DNA of 32,000 nucleotides from Planctomycetales bacterium (GCA_022646745.1 CP060262.1:3360001-3392000), one strand, 5' to 3'. Shown: positions 8,140-16,572, counted from the first letter of the stretch. Notes: generated from the letters alone by a model not told the origin. Numbers and translations: made by a program.

Positions 8140-9197
8140 CAGCCGTACCTCACCCGCGGGTCGACCAGGCCGTAGGTCAGGTCAACGATCAGGTTCACGA
8201 TAACGAACACCACCGCCATGATCATCACACCGCCCAGCACCACCGGGTAGTCAAGCTGGTTGATTGCCTCAACCATCGCCCGGCCCATGCCGGGCCACTG
8301 GAACACGGTCTCCGTCAGCACAGCTCCTGTAAGCAGCACGGCGAAGTTGTTGCCAACCACCGTGATGATCGGGATCAGTGCATTGCGCAGTGCATGCGTC
8401 ACAACTACGCGGGAGTAGCCCAGCCCCTTGGCACGGGCCTGGCGGATGTAGTCAAGCTTCATCACCTCCAGCATGCTGGAGCGGGTCAGGCGGGCAATGA
8501 TTGCCATCGGCACTGTGGCCAGCGTCACGCCGGGGAGCACGTAGAACTTGATTGACATGTGCCACAGCCACAGCATGTAGTTGCCGCCGACCTCATTCCA
8601 GAGCGCTTCCGGGTTGCCGGAATAGCTCATGTCGGACACCGGCATCCAGCCCAGGTGCGTGGCGAACAGCAGCTGCAGCAGCATGCCCAGCCAGAACACC
8701 GGCAGCGAGATTCCTGCCACGGCCAGCAGCATCAGCGTGTAGTCCCAGAAGCTGCGGTTCCAGGCGGCCGAGATGATTCCAGCACTGACGCCGAAGACGA
8801 TCGCGATGAACATTGCCACCAGCGTGAGCTGGATCGTGTTTGAGAACTTCGGTGCAAGGTACTCCGCCACCGGCAGGTTCTTCACATAGCTGCGCCCCAG
8901 GTCACCCCGGCTGACACGGCCAAGGAACATGCCGTACTGCACGATGAAGGGCTTGTCCAGCCCCATGTTGCTGCGCAGCTCGTTGGCAACTTCCTCATCG
9001 TAGTGCTGCCCCATCAGGATCCGCACCGGGTCGCCCGGTGCCGCTGAGAGGATGGCGTAGCAGATGAAGGTCACGCCGACGAGCACCGGCAGAGCCGCGC
9101 CAAGGCGCTTCAGCAGGTAGGTCCAGAAGGCGGAACCCTCTCCCTGCCTGCGGCCCTGCCCCGCTGCGGCCTGCCCGCTGTTGGCGGATTCACTCAA
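8139..9197 (-). CDS. ABC transporter permease, DppB/OppB type
   Basis: 352-aa ORF containing YLLKRLGAALPVLVGVTFICYAIL and the loop DYIRQARAKGLGYSRVVVTHALRNALIPIIT. The ORF-track start is TTG and lies 3 nt after the binding-protein stop. The N-terminal ~25 aa are low-complexity, so the true start is uncertain. Confidence 0.85.
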   Translation of the reverse strand: MSESANSGQAAAGQGRRQGEGSAFWTYLLKRLGAALPVLVGVTFICYAILSAAPGDPVRILMGQHYDEEVANELRSNMGLDKPFIVQYGMFLGRVSRGDLGRSYVKNLPVAEYLAPKFSNTIQLTLVAMFIAIVFGVSAGIISAAWNRSFWDYTLMLLAVAGISLPVFWLGMLLQLLFATHLGWMPVSDMSYSGNPEALWNEVGGNYMLWLWHMSIKFYVLPGVTLATVPMAIIARLTRSSMLEVMKLDYIRQARAKGLGYSRVVVTHALRNALIPIITVVGNNFAVLLTGAVLTETVFQWPGMGRAMVEAINQLDYPVVLGGVMIMAVVFVIVNLIVDLTYGLVDPRVRYG

Positions 9198-9200
9198 TTG

Positions 9201-10853
9201 CTAGTCCGTGTAGGTGACTTCCTCAATCGGCGCATTGTTGAGCTGCGGCGTGCGGTCCATCTTGGTGATTGTCAGGCCCTTTACGTAGGGCTGTACCAGG
9301 GTGGAGCTGTTCTTCCAGAACAGCAGCAGCCACGGAGCCTCATTGAGCGCGATGTCCTCCGCCTGGCGGTAGAGGTCGCTGCGCTTCTGCTGGTCCGGCT
9401 CAACCTGCGCTTCCTTCACGAGCTGGTCGAACTGCGAGTTCTTCCAGCGCGAGATGTTGCCGGCATCGCCGAAGTTGTCGGAACAGAGCAGCTGGTACAG
9501 CCAGTTGTCAGGATCCGGATAGTCACCGAGCCATGTGTTCTGGAAGAACAGCGAGTTGCCGGCATAGACCTTGTCCAGGAACGGGCCCCAGTCGGTACGT
9601 TCGATCTTGACTGTCACTCCGACGCGCGACAGGTCCTCCTGCACGGCTTCCGCCACCTGCTTGTTGACCTCCTGCAGGTCGACGTTGAGGGTCAGCTCCG
9701 GCAGGCCCTCACCATTCGGGTATCCGGCCTGCTCCAGCAGCGCGGCCGCCTTCTCCGGGTCGTAGGGATAGCTGACACTGCCCTCATAGTGATAGAACAT
9801 CCCGGCGGGGACAATCGTGTTCTGCTGCGTCACCAGCCCGCCCCAGATGTTGTCAATGATGTTCTGCTTGTCAACCGCATAGTTCAGCGCCTGGCGCAGG
9901 GCGGCATTGTCCTTGAAGGGTGCTGCGTCGCAGTTGAAGCCATAGGCGTACATATCCATTGCCGGTTCGCCGGCGATCAGGCCCTTCAGGTTCGCGTCGT
10001 CATTTACCGTCTTTATCTTGCTCGCTGGGATATCGCAATGCTCAAGTGTTCCATTCCGGAAGTTCTCGAAACGGGTGCTCTCATCACCGATGATGCGGAA
10101 GGTCAGGGTCTCGATTTCCGGCACATTGCCGAAGTAGGTGCGGTTGGCCTTCAGCACAACCCGCTCATCCGGCGTCCAGGACTCGAACACGAACGGGCCG
10201 GTTCCGACCGGGTTGGCACCGAAGCCGCGCTCGTCACGTTCCACTTCGCTGCTGGGCACCACGCCGAAGGTCGTCATGCACAGCACGTTCAGGAACGGGG
10301 CATACGGCGCGGTAAGCGTGATCTGCACGGTGCCCTCATCCAGCGCCTTCAGCCCGCTGACCGATTCAGCCCTGCCGCCAAGGTAGTCATTCGCGCCGGC
10401 GACATAGCTCATCAGGTTGGAGCGCTCGCTGTCTGTGTCCGGGTCGACGAGGCGGGAATAGCTGTAGATCACGTCGTCAGAATTCAGGTCCTCACCATTG
10501 TGGAACTTGACGCCGCTGCGCAGGTGGAAAGTGTAGACCTTGCCATCCTCCGAGATCTCATAGCTCTCAGCCAGGTCCGGCTCCACAGAGCCATCCGTGT
10601 CGAACTTCACCAGCCGGTTGAACAGGCGCTGCGCCACGGAATCACTCACCGTATCGGTGATGTGCGCCGGGTCGAGGCTCTTCACATCCGCCGGCAGCGG
10701 GAAGTTGTAGTTGCGGGCACGCTTCTCACCACCGGTGCTGCCGGTGTTGGTTCCGGTCGTCGTACCGGTATTGCCGGTCGGCGGCTTGGGACAGCCGGCC
10801 AGGGCCAGCAGTGCAATCGTTGCGATCAGGATGGACAGGTTGAATCGGCGCAT
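9201..10853 (-). CDS. ABC transporter substrate-binding lipoprotein, family 5 (peptide/nickel/opine)
   Basis: 550-aa ORF. It has a signal peptide with lipobox LLALAGC and a Thr/Gly-rich linker. The size and sequence are typical of family 5 binding proteins (e.g. SLDPAHITDTVS, YTFHLRSGVKFHNGEDL). The SD GGAGGGA precedes the ATG. Confidence 0.85.
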   Translation of the reverse strand: MRRFNLSILIATIALLALAGCPKPPTGNTGTTTGTNTGSTGGEKRARNYNFPLPADVKSLDPAHITDTVSDSVAQRLFNRLVKFDTDGSVEPDLAESYEISEDGKVYTFHLRSGVKFHNGEDLNSDDVIYSYSRLVDPDTDSERSNLMSYVAGANDYLGGRAESVSGLKALDEGTVQITLTAPYAPFLNVLCMTTFGVVPSSEVERDERGFGANPVGTGPFVFESWTPDERVVLKANRTYFGNVPEIETLTFRIIGDESTRFENFRNGTLEHCDIPASKIKTVNDDANLKGLIAGEPAMDMYAYGFNCDAAPFKDNAALRQALNYAVDKQNIIDNIWGGLVTQQNTIVPAGMFYHYEGSVSYPYDPEKAAALLEQAGYPNGEGLPELTLNVDLQEVNKQVAEAVQEDLSRVGVTVKIERTDWGPFLDKVYAGNSLFFQNTWLGDYPDPDNWLYQLLCSDNFGDAGNISRWKNSQFDQLVKEAQVEPDQQKRSDLYRQAEDIALNEAPWLLLFWKNSSTLVQPYVKGLTITKMDRTPQLNNAPIEEVTYTD

Positions 10854-10899
10854 ATGCTCCCTCCGCCAGCATTTTAGCAGGCAGGGTAACCGCGGCAGC

Positions 10900-11880
10900 C
10901 TAGCCCAGTGTGACCTGCTGCCCCTGCCCCTGCTCCAGCGCTCGCAGCTGCACCTCCCAGGCCAATACCACCTCGCTCAGTGGCATGCCACTGCCGTTGT
11001 ACAGCGTGATCTGCTCAGCCTCGGTCCGGCCATCCACATCACCGGTGATCACCTGCCCCAGCTCACCATGCATCCGCTCCCACTGCCACTTGTCTTCCTC
11101 GACCGCTGCCAGCAGGTTGCCGGCGCAGCTACGGCTGTGCTCCGCATGGTCGCAGACCACCATGCAGCGCTGAACGGCGAAGGTATCAAGCTCTCGCACA
11201 CCAGCCTCCGTGGCCCCGAGCGAATTGATGTGTGTGCCCGGCCGGAGCTGCGTGCCCTTCAGCATCCAGTCATCCGAGCTGCCATCCAGGCTGATGATGT
11301 CCGCATCGCTGACCGCTCCCGCCATGTCAGCTGTGTGCACCGTGCGCACCCCGCTCGTCTTACCGATCCAGTCCGCCAGCAGCCCAATCTCATCAGCGCT
11401 GTCGGTGCTGACTAGCCGGCATTCCTCGAGTTTCGCCACCCGGGCCACAGCCCGCGCCAGCTGCCGGGCGTTCACCTGGTCGGCGATGATCGTATGCACC
11501 TTCGCATCCGCCGGCATCAGGTATTCACTGGCCAGCGCTGCATTGCAGGCCTTTGCAAGCTGGCTGATCAGCGATGCCTCAACTATCGCCGCCAGCTGGC
11601 CGTTGCTGAAGTTCTGCAGCAGGATGTAGCCCTGTGTCTGCAGGCGCCCGACATCATTTGTGAAGGCGTAGCTGGAATGCATCCCGACCACCGGGATGCC
11701 GGAGAAGGTCGCGCTCAGGCCATGCAGGCGCCGTCCGTCCACCCGCCTGCCGAGCTGCCCGGCGCTGCCGATGAAGGCTTCGCCGCGCGCGGAGTGGATA
11801 TGGGCCTGCCTGGTCAGTTCCAGCGCATCATCAAGGTCCAGCAGCCGGCGTACACTTTCCCTGTCAACGATTATGGTCAT
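10900..11880 (-). CDS. Ornithine cyclodeaminase / mu-crystallin family protein with a divergent dinucleotide-binding motif
   Basis: 326-aa ORF with the family layout: an N-terminal MTIIVDRESVRRLLDLDDALELTRQAH, then a central Rossmann-like segment. The SD AGGAGAG precedes the ATG. It lies 46 nt upstream of the ABC binding-protein gene on the same strand. Confidence 0.7.
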   Translation of the reverse strand: MTIIVDRESVRRLLDLDDALELTRQAHIHSARGEAFIGSAGQLGRRVDGRRLHGLSATFSGIPVVGMHSSYAFTNDVGRLQTQGYILLQNFSNGQLAAIVEASLISQLAKACNAALASEYLMPADAKVHTIIADQVNARQLARAVARVAKLEECRLVSTDSADEIGLLADWIGKTSGVRTVHTADMAGAVSDADIISLDGSSDDWMLKGTQLRPGTHINSLGATEAGVRELDTFAVQRCMVVCDHAEHSRSCAGNLLAAVEEDKWQWERMHGELGQVITGDVDGRTEAEQITLYNGSGMPLSEVVLAWEVQLRALEQGQGQQVTLG

Positions 11881-11904
11881 GGTCTGCGTAGCTCTCCTGC
11901 GCTG

Positions 11905-11910
11905 ATTATA
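11905..11910 (-). promoter_or_regulatory. Candidate -10 hexamer TATAAT for the OCD-like/ABC importer operon
   Basis: The minus strand reads cccaTATAATcagcgcAGGAGAGctacgcagaccATG. The hexamer is 24 nt upstream of the ATG, with an SD in between. Confidence 0.4.
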
Positions 11911-11965
11911 TGGGAAAGCCCGCCGATGCCCGCGCCTGATTGCCAGCCTGCCGCTCAGCCCGGGT

Positions 11966-11971
11966 TATAAT
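11966..11971 (+). promoter_or_regulatory. Candidate -10 hexamer TATAAT for dnaE
   Basis: The plus strand reads cccgggtTATAATttcc, 83 nt upstream of the dnaE GTG. TTGCCA lies 20 nt upstream, which is non-optimal spacing for a -35. Confidence 0.35.
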
Positions 11972-12054
11972 TTCCCCAGTGGCCGCCGGGCCACGGCGGA
12001 AAGCGGGATGGACATCCCGGGGGCAGTGCGCCCCACAGGCAGGAAGAGGCATCA

Positions 12055-15000
12055 GTGACGGACTTCGTTCACCTTCACAACCACAGTGAATACTCACTGC
12101 TGGACGGAATTGCGCGCATCGACGACATGGCCAGCCGGCTCAAGGAGCTGCAGTTTGACAGCTATGCGCTGACTGACCACGGCGTGATGTACGGCGCGAT
12201 GGAGTTCTACACCAAGATGCACAAGGCCGGCATCAAGCCGATCATCGGCAATGAGGTCTATGTCGCCAGCCGGCGCCTGACGGACAAGGACGCCGAGCTG
12301 GACCGCGTCCGCTACCACTTCGTGCTGCTGGCTATGAACCAGGTCGGCTACCGCAACCTGATGCACCTGACCTCCATCGCCCACACCCACGGCTACTACT
12401 ACAAGCCGCGCGTGGACGTGGAGGCGATCCGCAAGTACAACGAGGGCCTTGTCGCCCTGACAGCCTGCCCAGCCGGAGTGGTTGCCAGCCGCTTCCATCG
12501 TGAGGGGGAGAACGCCGCCGACACCGCCCTGCGCGAGTACCTCGACATCTTCGGCCCGGACCGCCTGTTCCTCGAGATACAGAACCACGGCATCGACATC
12601 GAGGAACCCTTCCGCCAGTGGGCCGCTGACCAGTCCCGGCATTACGGCCTTCGCATGGTGGCCACCAATGACAACCACTACGTGCACAAGTCAGATGCCC
12701 AGCCGCATGACTGCGTGCTATGCCTGCGCGACAAGAAGCTGCTGACCGACACCAACCGCCTTAAGTACTCCGGCCCGGACTACTACATCAAGACGCGCGA
12801 GGAAATGCAGGAACTGTTCTCGGATTATCCGGAAGCGCTTGCCAACACGCGCACGGTGGCGGATATGTGCAACCTGGAGCTCGACCTCGAGCAGGTGCAT
12901 TTCCCGCGCTTCACCATCCCGCTGGAGGATATCCCGAAGCTGCGCGGCTGGCTGCTGGAGCATCCAGAGGATGCCGGTACGGTCGGCGTGGAGGATCCTG
13001 TCAGCGCGGATGAGCTGGTTGCCCTGTTCAATGCCAGTGAGGCGGAAGGCGAACTGGCCAGTACAACCGAAAAGCAGAAGTGCTTTGATACCATGCTGCG
13101 CCGTGATGTCTACGAAGGCATCGTCAAGCGCTACGGCGAGATCACACCTGAACTGCGTGAGCGCGTGGAGTACGAGCTGTCGGTGATCATCCCGAAGGGC
13201 TTCACCACCTACTTCCTGATCTGCGCCGAGTTCTGCCAGTGGGCCCGCAGCCAGGGCATCCCGGTCGGTCCCGGCCGTGGATCGGCGGCAGGCAGTGTCG
13301 TCTCCTATGCACTCGAGATCACCGACCTCGACCCGATCCACTTCGGCTTCTATTTCGAGCGCTTCCTCAACCCGGAGCGCATCGAGCTTCCGGATGTCGA
13401 CATCGACTTCTGCATGCGCCGCCGCGATGAGGTGATCGAGCACGTCAAGCAGAAGTACGGTGCTGACCGCACGGCCCTGATCGTGACCTACTCCCGCCTC
13501 AAGGCCCGCGCCGTCGTCAAGGCCGTGGCCCGCACCAAGGGGCTGGAGTACCAGTTCGTGGACCGCGTTGCCAAGGAAATCCACGGCCTCGACCCCAAGC
13601 TCGAGGAGGCGGTGGCGGCCAGCGATGAACTGAAGCGCCTGATCCGTGATCACGAAGAAGTGCGCGAACTGATCGAGGATGCCAAGGCGCTGGAGGGTAT
13701 CGCCGCGCACCACAGCGTGCATGCCGCCGGAGTGGTTATCGCGCCGGAGGAGCTGCCGAACTTCGTCCCGGTCCAGCCGCACAAGGACAGTGACCTGCGG
13801 GTGACGCAATATGCGATGGACACCGTGCCCTACACCGGCCTGGTGAAGTTCGACTTCCTCGGACTGCGCAACCTGACAATCATTGAGGACACCGTCGAAT
13901 TCATCCATACGATTGGTGGCAAAAAGGACTTCGACCTGCGCGACCTGCAGGACGGGGACGCCGAGACATACGCCATGCTGCAGCGCGGGGACGGCTACGG
14001 CGTATTCCAGTTTGAGGCGCCGCAGGTGCGCAAGATGCTGATCGACGGCCGGCCCGCCAACGTGCTGGACCTTGCGGCGATCAACGCTGCCAACCGCCCC
14101 GGCCCGATCCAGTCCGGCAACACCGCCCGCTACCTCGAGGCCCGTAAGAAAGGAACTGAGGCAGCCTCGCTCTATCCAAGCATCGGCGAGATCCTCGAAT
14201 CCACCGGTGGTGTGCTGCTCTTCCAGGAACAGGTGCTGGAAATCGCCCGCAAGCTCGGCGGCTTCACCCTCGGGGAAGCGGACGTGCTGCGCAAGGCGAT
14301 GGGCAAGAAGAAGCACGACGTGATGGAGGCTCAGAAGCTGAAATTCGTCGCCGGTGCCCGTGAGCGCAACATCGCCGAGAAGGAGGTCGAGGCCATTTGG
14401 GATATGATGGCGCAGTTCGCCGCCTACGGCTTCAACAAGGCGCACAGTACCTGCTACTCCTGGATCAGCTACCAGACCGCCTACCTGAAGTGCCACTATC
14501 CGAGCTTCTTCATGACGGCGATGCTCAACAACTTCATGGGTAACAGCGCCAAGCTCGCCGAGATCCTCGGCCAGTGCCGCAAGATGCGCATCCCGGTGCT
14601 GCCCCCCAGTGTCAACGCCGGCCGCTTCGACTTCGTACCGACGAGTGACGGCGGCATCATCTTCGGCCTCGGCGGCATCAAGGGCATCGGTGAGAAGGTC
14701 GTGCTCGAAATTGTCGACGAGCGCCGCCTGGGCGGTGAGTTCAAGTCGCTGGCCGGCTTCCACGAGCGCGTGAAGGGCAAGGGCGTCAACAAGAAGGTGC
14801 TGCAGGGACTGGCCAAGGCCGGCGCCTTCGACTGCATCGAGTCCGACCGCATTGAACTGCTGAAGAACCTGGACGACATCGAAAGCTACATCAAGGGCCC
14901 TGACAACCAGATCAGCCTGTTCGGCGAAGAGGCACCGCCGCCAACGGCAGGCGGCGAGCTCGCCAGCCGCGATGTCACCCCGCAGGACATGGCCTACTTC

Positions 15001-15951
15001 GAAAAGGAAGCAATCGGTGTGTTCCTAACGCACCATCCCTATGCCGACCACGTGATCTTCCGTGACGGCCGCTACATGCAGATCGAGGACCTGTTCCAGA
15101 GTGTGCAGTACTCCCCCGCCAAGTGGCAGGACAAGCCCCTGCCCGGCGACGGCATCTGCGGCATCCTGACCAACCTGCAGGTGCGCACTGCCAACACCAG
15201 TGGCAAGACCTACGCCAAGGGCCGCATTGAGGATCCGCAGCTCAGCGCCGGCGTGATCATCTGGCCCAATGCCTACACCAAGGCCCGCGAGATCATCAAG
15301 GAGAATGCGGCCGTGGTACTGAAGGGCAAGATCCAGATCCCGGAAGTGGCTGAAGCCGGCGAGGACGCCTGGGACGGGATCGAGATCGTGGTCGAGGACG
15401 TGCAGCCTTATGACCCGGATGGAGCCCGGCCGACCCGTGAACTGCCGGAATCACCTTCCCCTGACGACAGCATTCCCAGCTATGACGAGGCCTTCGATGC
15501 CTACAACGATGAAGTGGTGCTGGAAGACGACCTCCGTGATGCTGACGACTACCGCCAGCAGAACCAGGCCATCCAGCAGCTTGTGGAGGAACGTGACGGG
15601 ATAGATGAACCCTCCGTTTCCCATGCAGGCCATACCCCGCCGGCTGAGTTCATGAATGGCAACGGCAATGGCAGCCCTGTCGTTACAGCCTCAACCGCAG
15701 TTGCCAATGGATTACATCCAGGCCAGCAGCCGATCGTCTGGGAGATCGATCTCGCCTCAGTCCAGCGCTCGGAGCTGGCGCGGCTCGCCGAACTGCTCAG
15801 CACCACCACCGGCGACTCTGAGCTGCGCATGCACCTGCGTGACATCAGCGGCCAGCTGCGCCGGGTCAAGGTGGACAGCCGCTTCCACCTCTCTCGCGAA
15901 GAGGCCGGCCGCCTGCAGGACGAGTTCCCCTTCATCAATCCTGTCGGATAG
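12055..15951 (+). CDS. dnaE: DNA polymerase III alpha subunit (DnaE1-type) with an extended C-terminus
   Basis: 1298-aa ORF. The PHP domain begins FVHLHNHSEYSLLDG. The polymerase core contains GPGRGSAAGSVVSYAL and the catalytic aspartates in LPDVDIDFC, plus HAAGVVI, FDFLGLRNLT and YGFNKAHS. An OB-fold region lies near GILTNLQVRT. The start is GTG, preceded by GGAAGAGG. Confidence 0.95.
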   Translation: MTDFVHLHNHSEYSLLDGIARIDDMASRLKELQFDSYALTDHGVMYGAMEFYTKMHKAGIKPIIGNEVYVASRRLTDKDAELDRVRYHFVLLAMNQVGYRNLMHLTSIAHTHGYYYKPRVDVEAIRKYNEGLVALTACPAGVVASRFHREGENAADTALREYLDIFGPDRLFLEIQNHGIDIEEPFRQWAADQSRHYGLRMVATNDNHYVHKSDAQPHDCVLCLRDKKLLTDTNRLKYSGPDYYIKTREEMQELFSDYPEALANTRTVADMCNLELDLEQVHFPRFTIPLEDIPKLRGWLLEHPEDAGTVGVEDPVSADELVALFNASEAEGELASTTEKQKCFDTMLRRDVYEGIVKRYGEITPELRERVEYELSVIIPKGFTTYFLICAEFCQWARSQGIPVGPGRGSAAGSVVSYALEITDLDPIHFGFYFERFLNPERIELPDVDIDFCMRRRDEVIEHVKQKYGADRTALIVTYSRLKARAVVKAVARTKGLEYQFVDRVAKEIHGLDPKLEEAVAASDELKRLIRDHEEVRELIEDAKALEGIAAHHSVHAAGVVIAPEELPNFVPVQPHKDSDLRVTQYAMDTVPYTGLVKFDFLGLRNLTIIEDTVEFIHTIGGKKDFDLRDLQDGDAETYAMLQRGDGYGVFQFEAPQVRKMLIDGRPANVLDLAAINAANRPGPIQSGNTARYLEARKKGTEAASLYPSIGEILESTGGVLLFQEQVLEIARKLGGFTLGEADVLRKAMGKKKHDVMEAQKLKFVAGARERNIAEKEVEAIWDMMAQFAAYGFNKAHSTCYSWISYQTAYLKCHYPSFFMTAMLNNFMGNSAKLAEILGQCRKMRIPVLPPSVNAGRFDFVPTSDGGIIFGLGGIKGIGEKVVLEIVDERRLGGEFKSLAGFHERVKGKGVNKKVLQGLAKAGAFDCIESDRIELLKNLDDIESYIKGPDNQISLFGEEAPPPTAGGELASRDVTPQDMAYFEKEAIGVFLTHHPYADHVIFRDGRYMQIEDLFQSVQYSPAKWQDKPLPGDGICGILTNLQVRTANTSGKTYAKGRIEDPQLSAGVIIWPNAYTKAREIIKENAAVVLKGKIQIPEVAEAGEDAWDGIEIVVEDVQPYDPDGARPTRELPESPSPDDSIPSYDEAFDAYNDEVVLEDDLRDADDYRQQNQAIQQLVEERDGIDEPSVSHAGHTPPAEFMNGNGNGSPVVTASTAVANGLHPGQQPIVWEIDLASVQRSELARLAELLSTTTGDSELRMHLRDISGQLRRVKVDSRFHLSREEAGRLQDEFPFINPVG

Positions 15952-15954
15952 AAT
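15949..15954 (+). promoter_or_regulatory. Candidate -10 hexamer TAGAAT for rnpB, overlapping the dnaE TAG stop codon
   Basis: The plus strand reads ggaTAGAATctctgcGGAGTGGGCC. The hexamer is 6 nt upstream of the first nucleotide of the predicted P1 helix. Confidence 0.4.
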
Positions 15955-15960
15955 CTCTGC

Positions 15961-16317
<357 letters not shown>

Positions 16318-16352
16318 TCCTCTTCCCTCTCGCCCGAGGGTTCGAGGGTCTT

Positions 16353-16385
16353 GCGCTGCGGCTGGCAAAGCCAGCCGGGTCGCGC
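16353..16385 (+). terminator. GC-rich stem-loop downstream of rnpB (possible terminator or processing hairpin; no U-tract)
   Basis: GCGCtgCGGCTGGcaaagCCAGCCGggtcGCGC gives a 7-bp inner stem and a 4-bp outer stem. Confidence 0.35.
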
Positions 16386-16449
16386 TGAATGGACATGCGA
16401 TGGGCAGAGCCGCAGGCGAAGTTCTGGCCGAAGGCGTTATCGCGCGTAG

Positions 16450-16471
16450 GGCAGCACCTCCGCGTGCTGCC
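16450..16471. other. Perfect 8-bp stem-loop GGCAGCAC-ctccgc-GTGCTGCC in the rnpB/beta-helix-gene spacer
   Basis: I read the inverted repeat directly. It could act as a 3' hairpin for the convergent minus-strand gene. No T-tract follows on either strand. Confidence 0.3.
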
Positions 16472-16535
16472 ATGCGGTGGTGCAAATCATTGATGCGGGA
16501 GGTAGGACTACGCCAGGGCGTAACTGTCGGGCAAT

Positions 16536-16563
16536 CTGACAACTGACCACCGACCACTGACCA
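16536..16563. repeat. Tandem heptamer array: CTGACAA CTGACCA CCGACCA CTGACCA
   Basis: There are four contiguous 7-nt units. The array starts 9 nt downstream of the stop codon of the minus-strand gene 16573..17274. On that strand it reads TGGTCAG TGGTCGG TGGTCAG TTGTCAG. Confidence 0.6.
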
Positions 16564-16572
16564 CTTCCTCCG

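Noticed and set aside
9198-10877. A 559-aa ORF lies antisense to the ABC binding-protein gene.
   Set aside because: The reasoning is the same as above. The minus-strand ORF has a lipoprotein signal peptide and family-5 SBP features, while the plus-strand translation is low-complexity.
12718-14763. A 681-aa ORF lies antisense to dnaE.
   Set aside because: It is fully embedded in the dnaE core, which has clear polymerase motifs. This is an artefact of GC-rich codon bias.
12055-15951. I considered whether the extra length of DnaE reflects an intein.
   Set aside because: The additional residues form an acidic low-complexity C-terminal linker and a short post-PHP insertion. There is no intein block A/B (C/S...TxxH) or terminal HN-C/S/T signature interrupting the polymerase motifs.
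16333-16352. A tRNA T-loop-like GGTTCGAGG raised the question of a tRNA or tmRNA 3' domain, given that smpB is nearby.
   Set aside because: The flanking bases do not form a T-stem, acceptor stem or CCA-proximal helix. The sequence is better explained as the tandem repeat CGAGGGT CGAGGGT.
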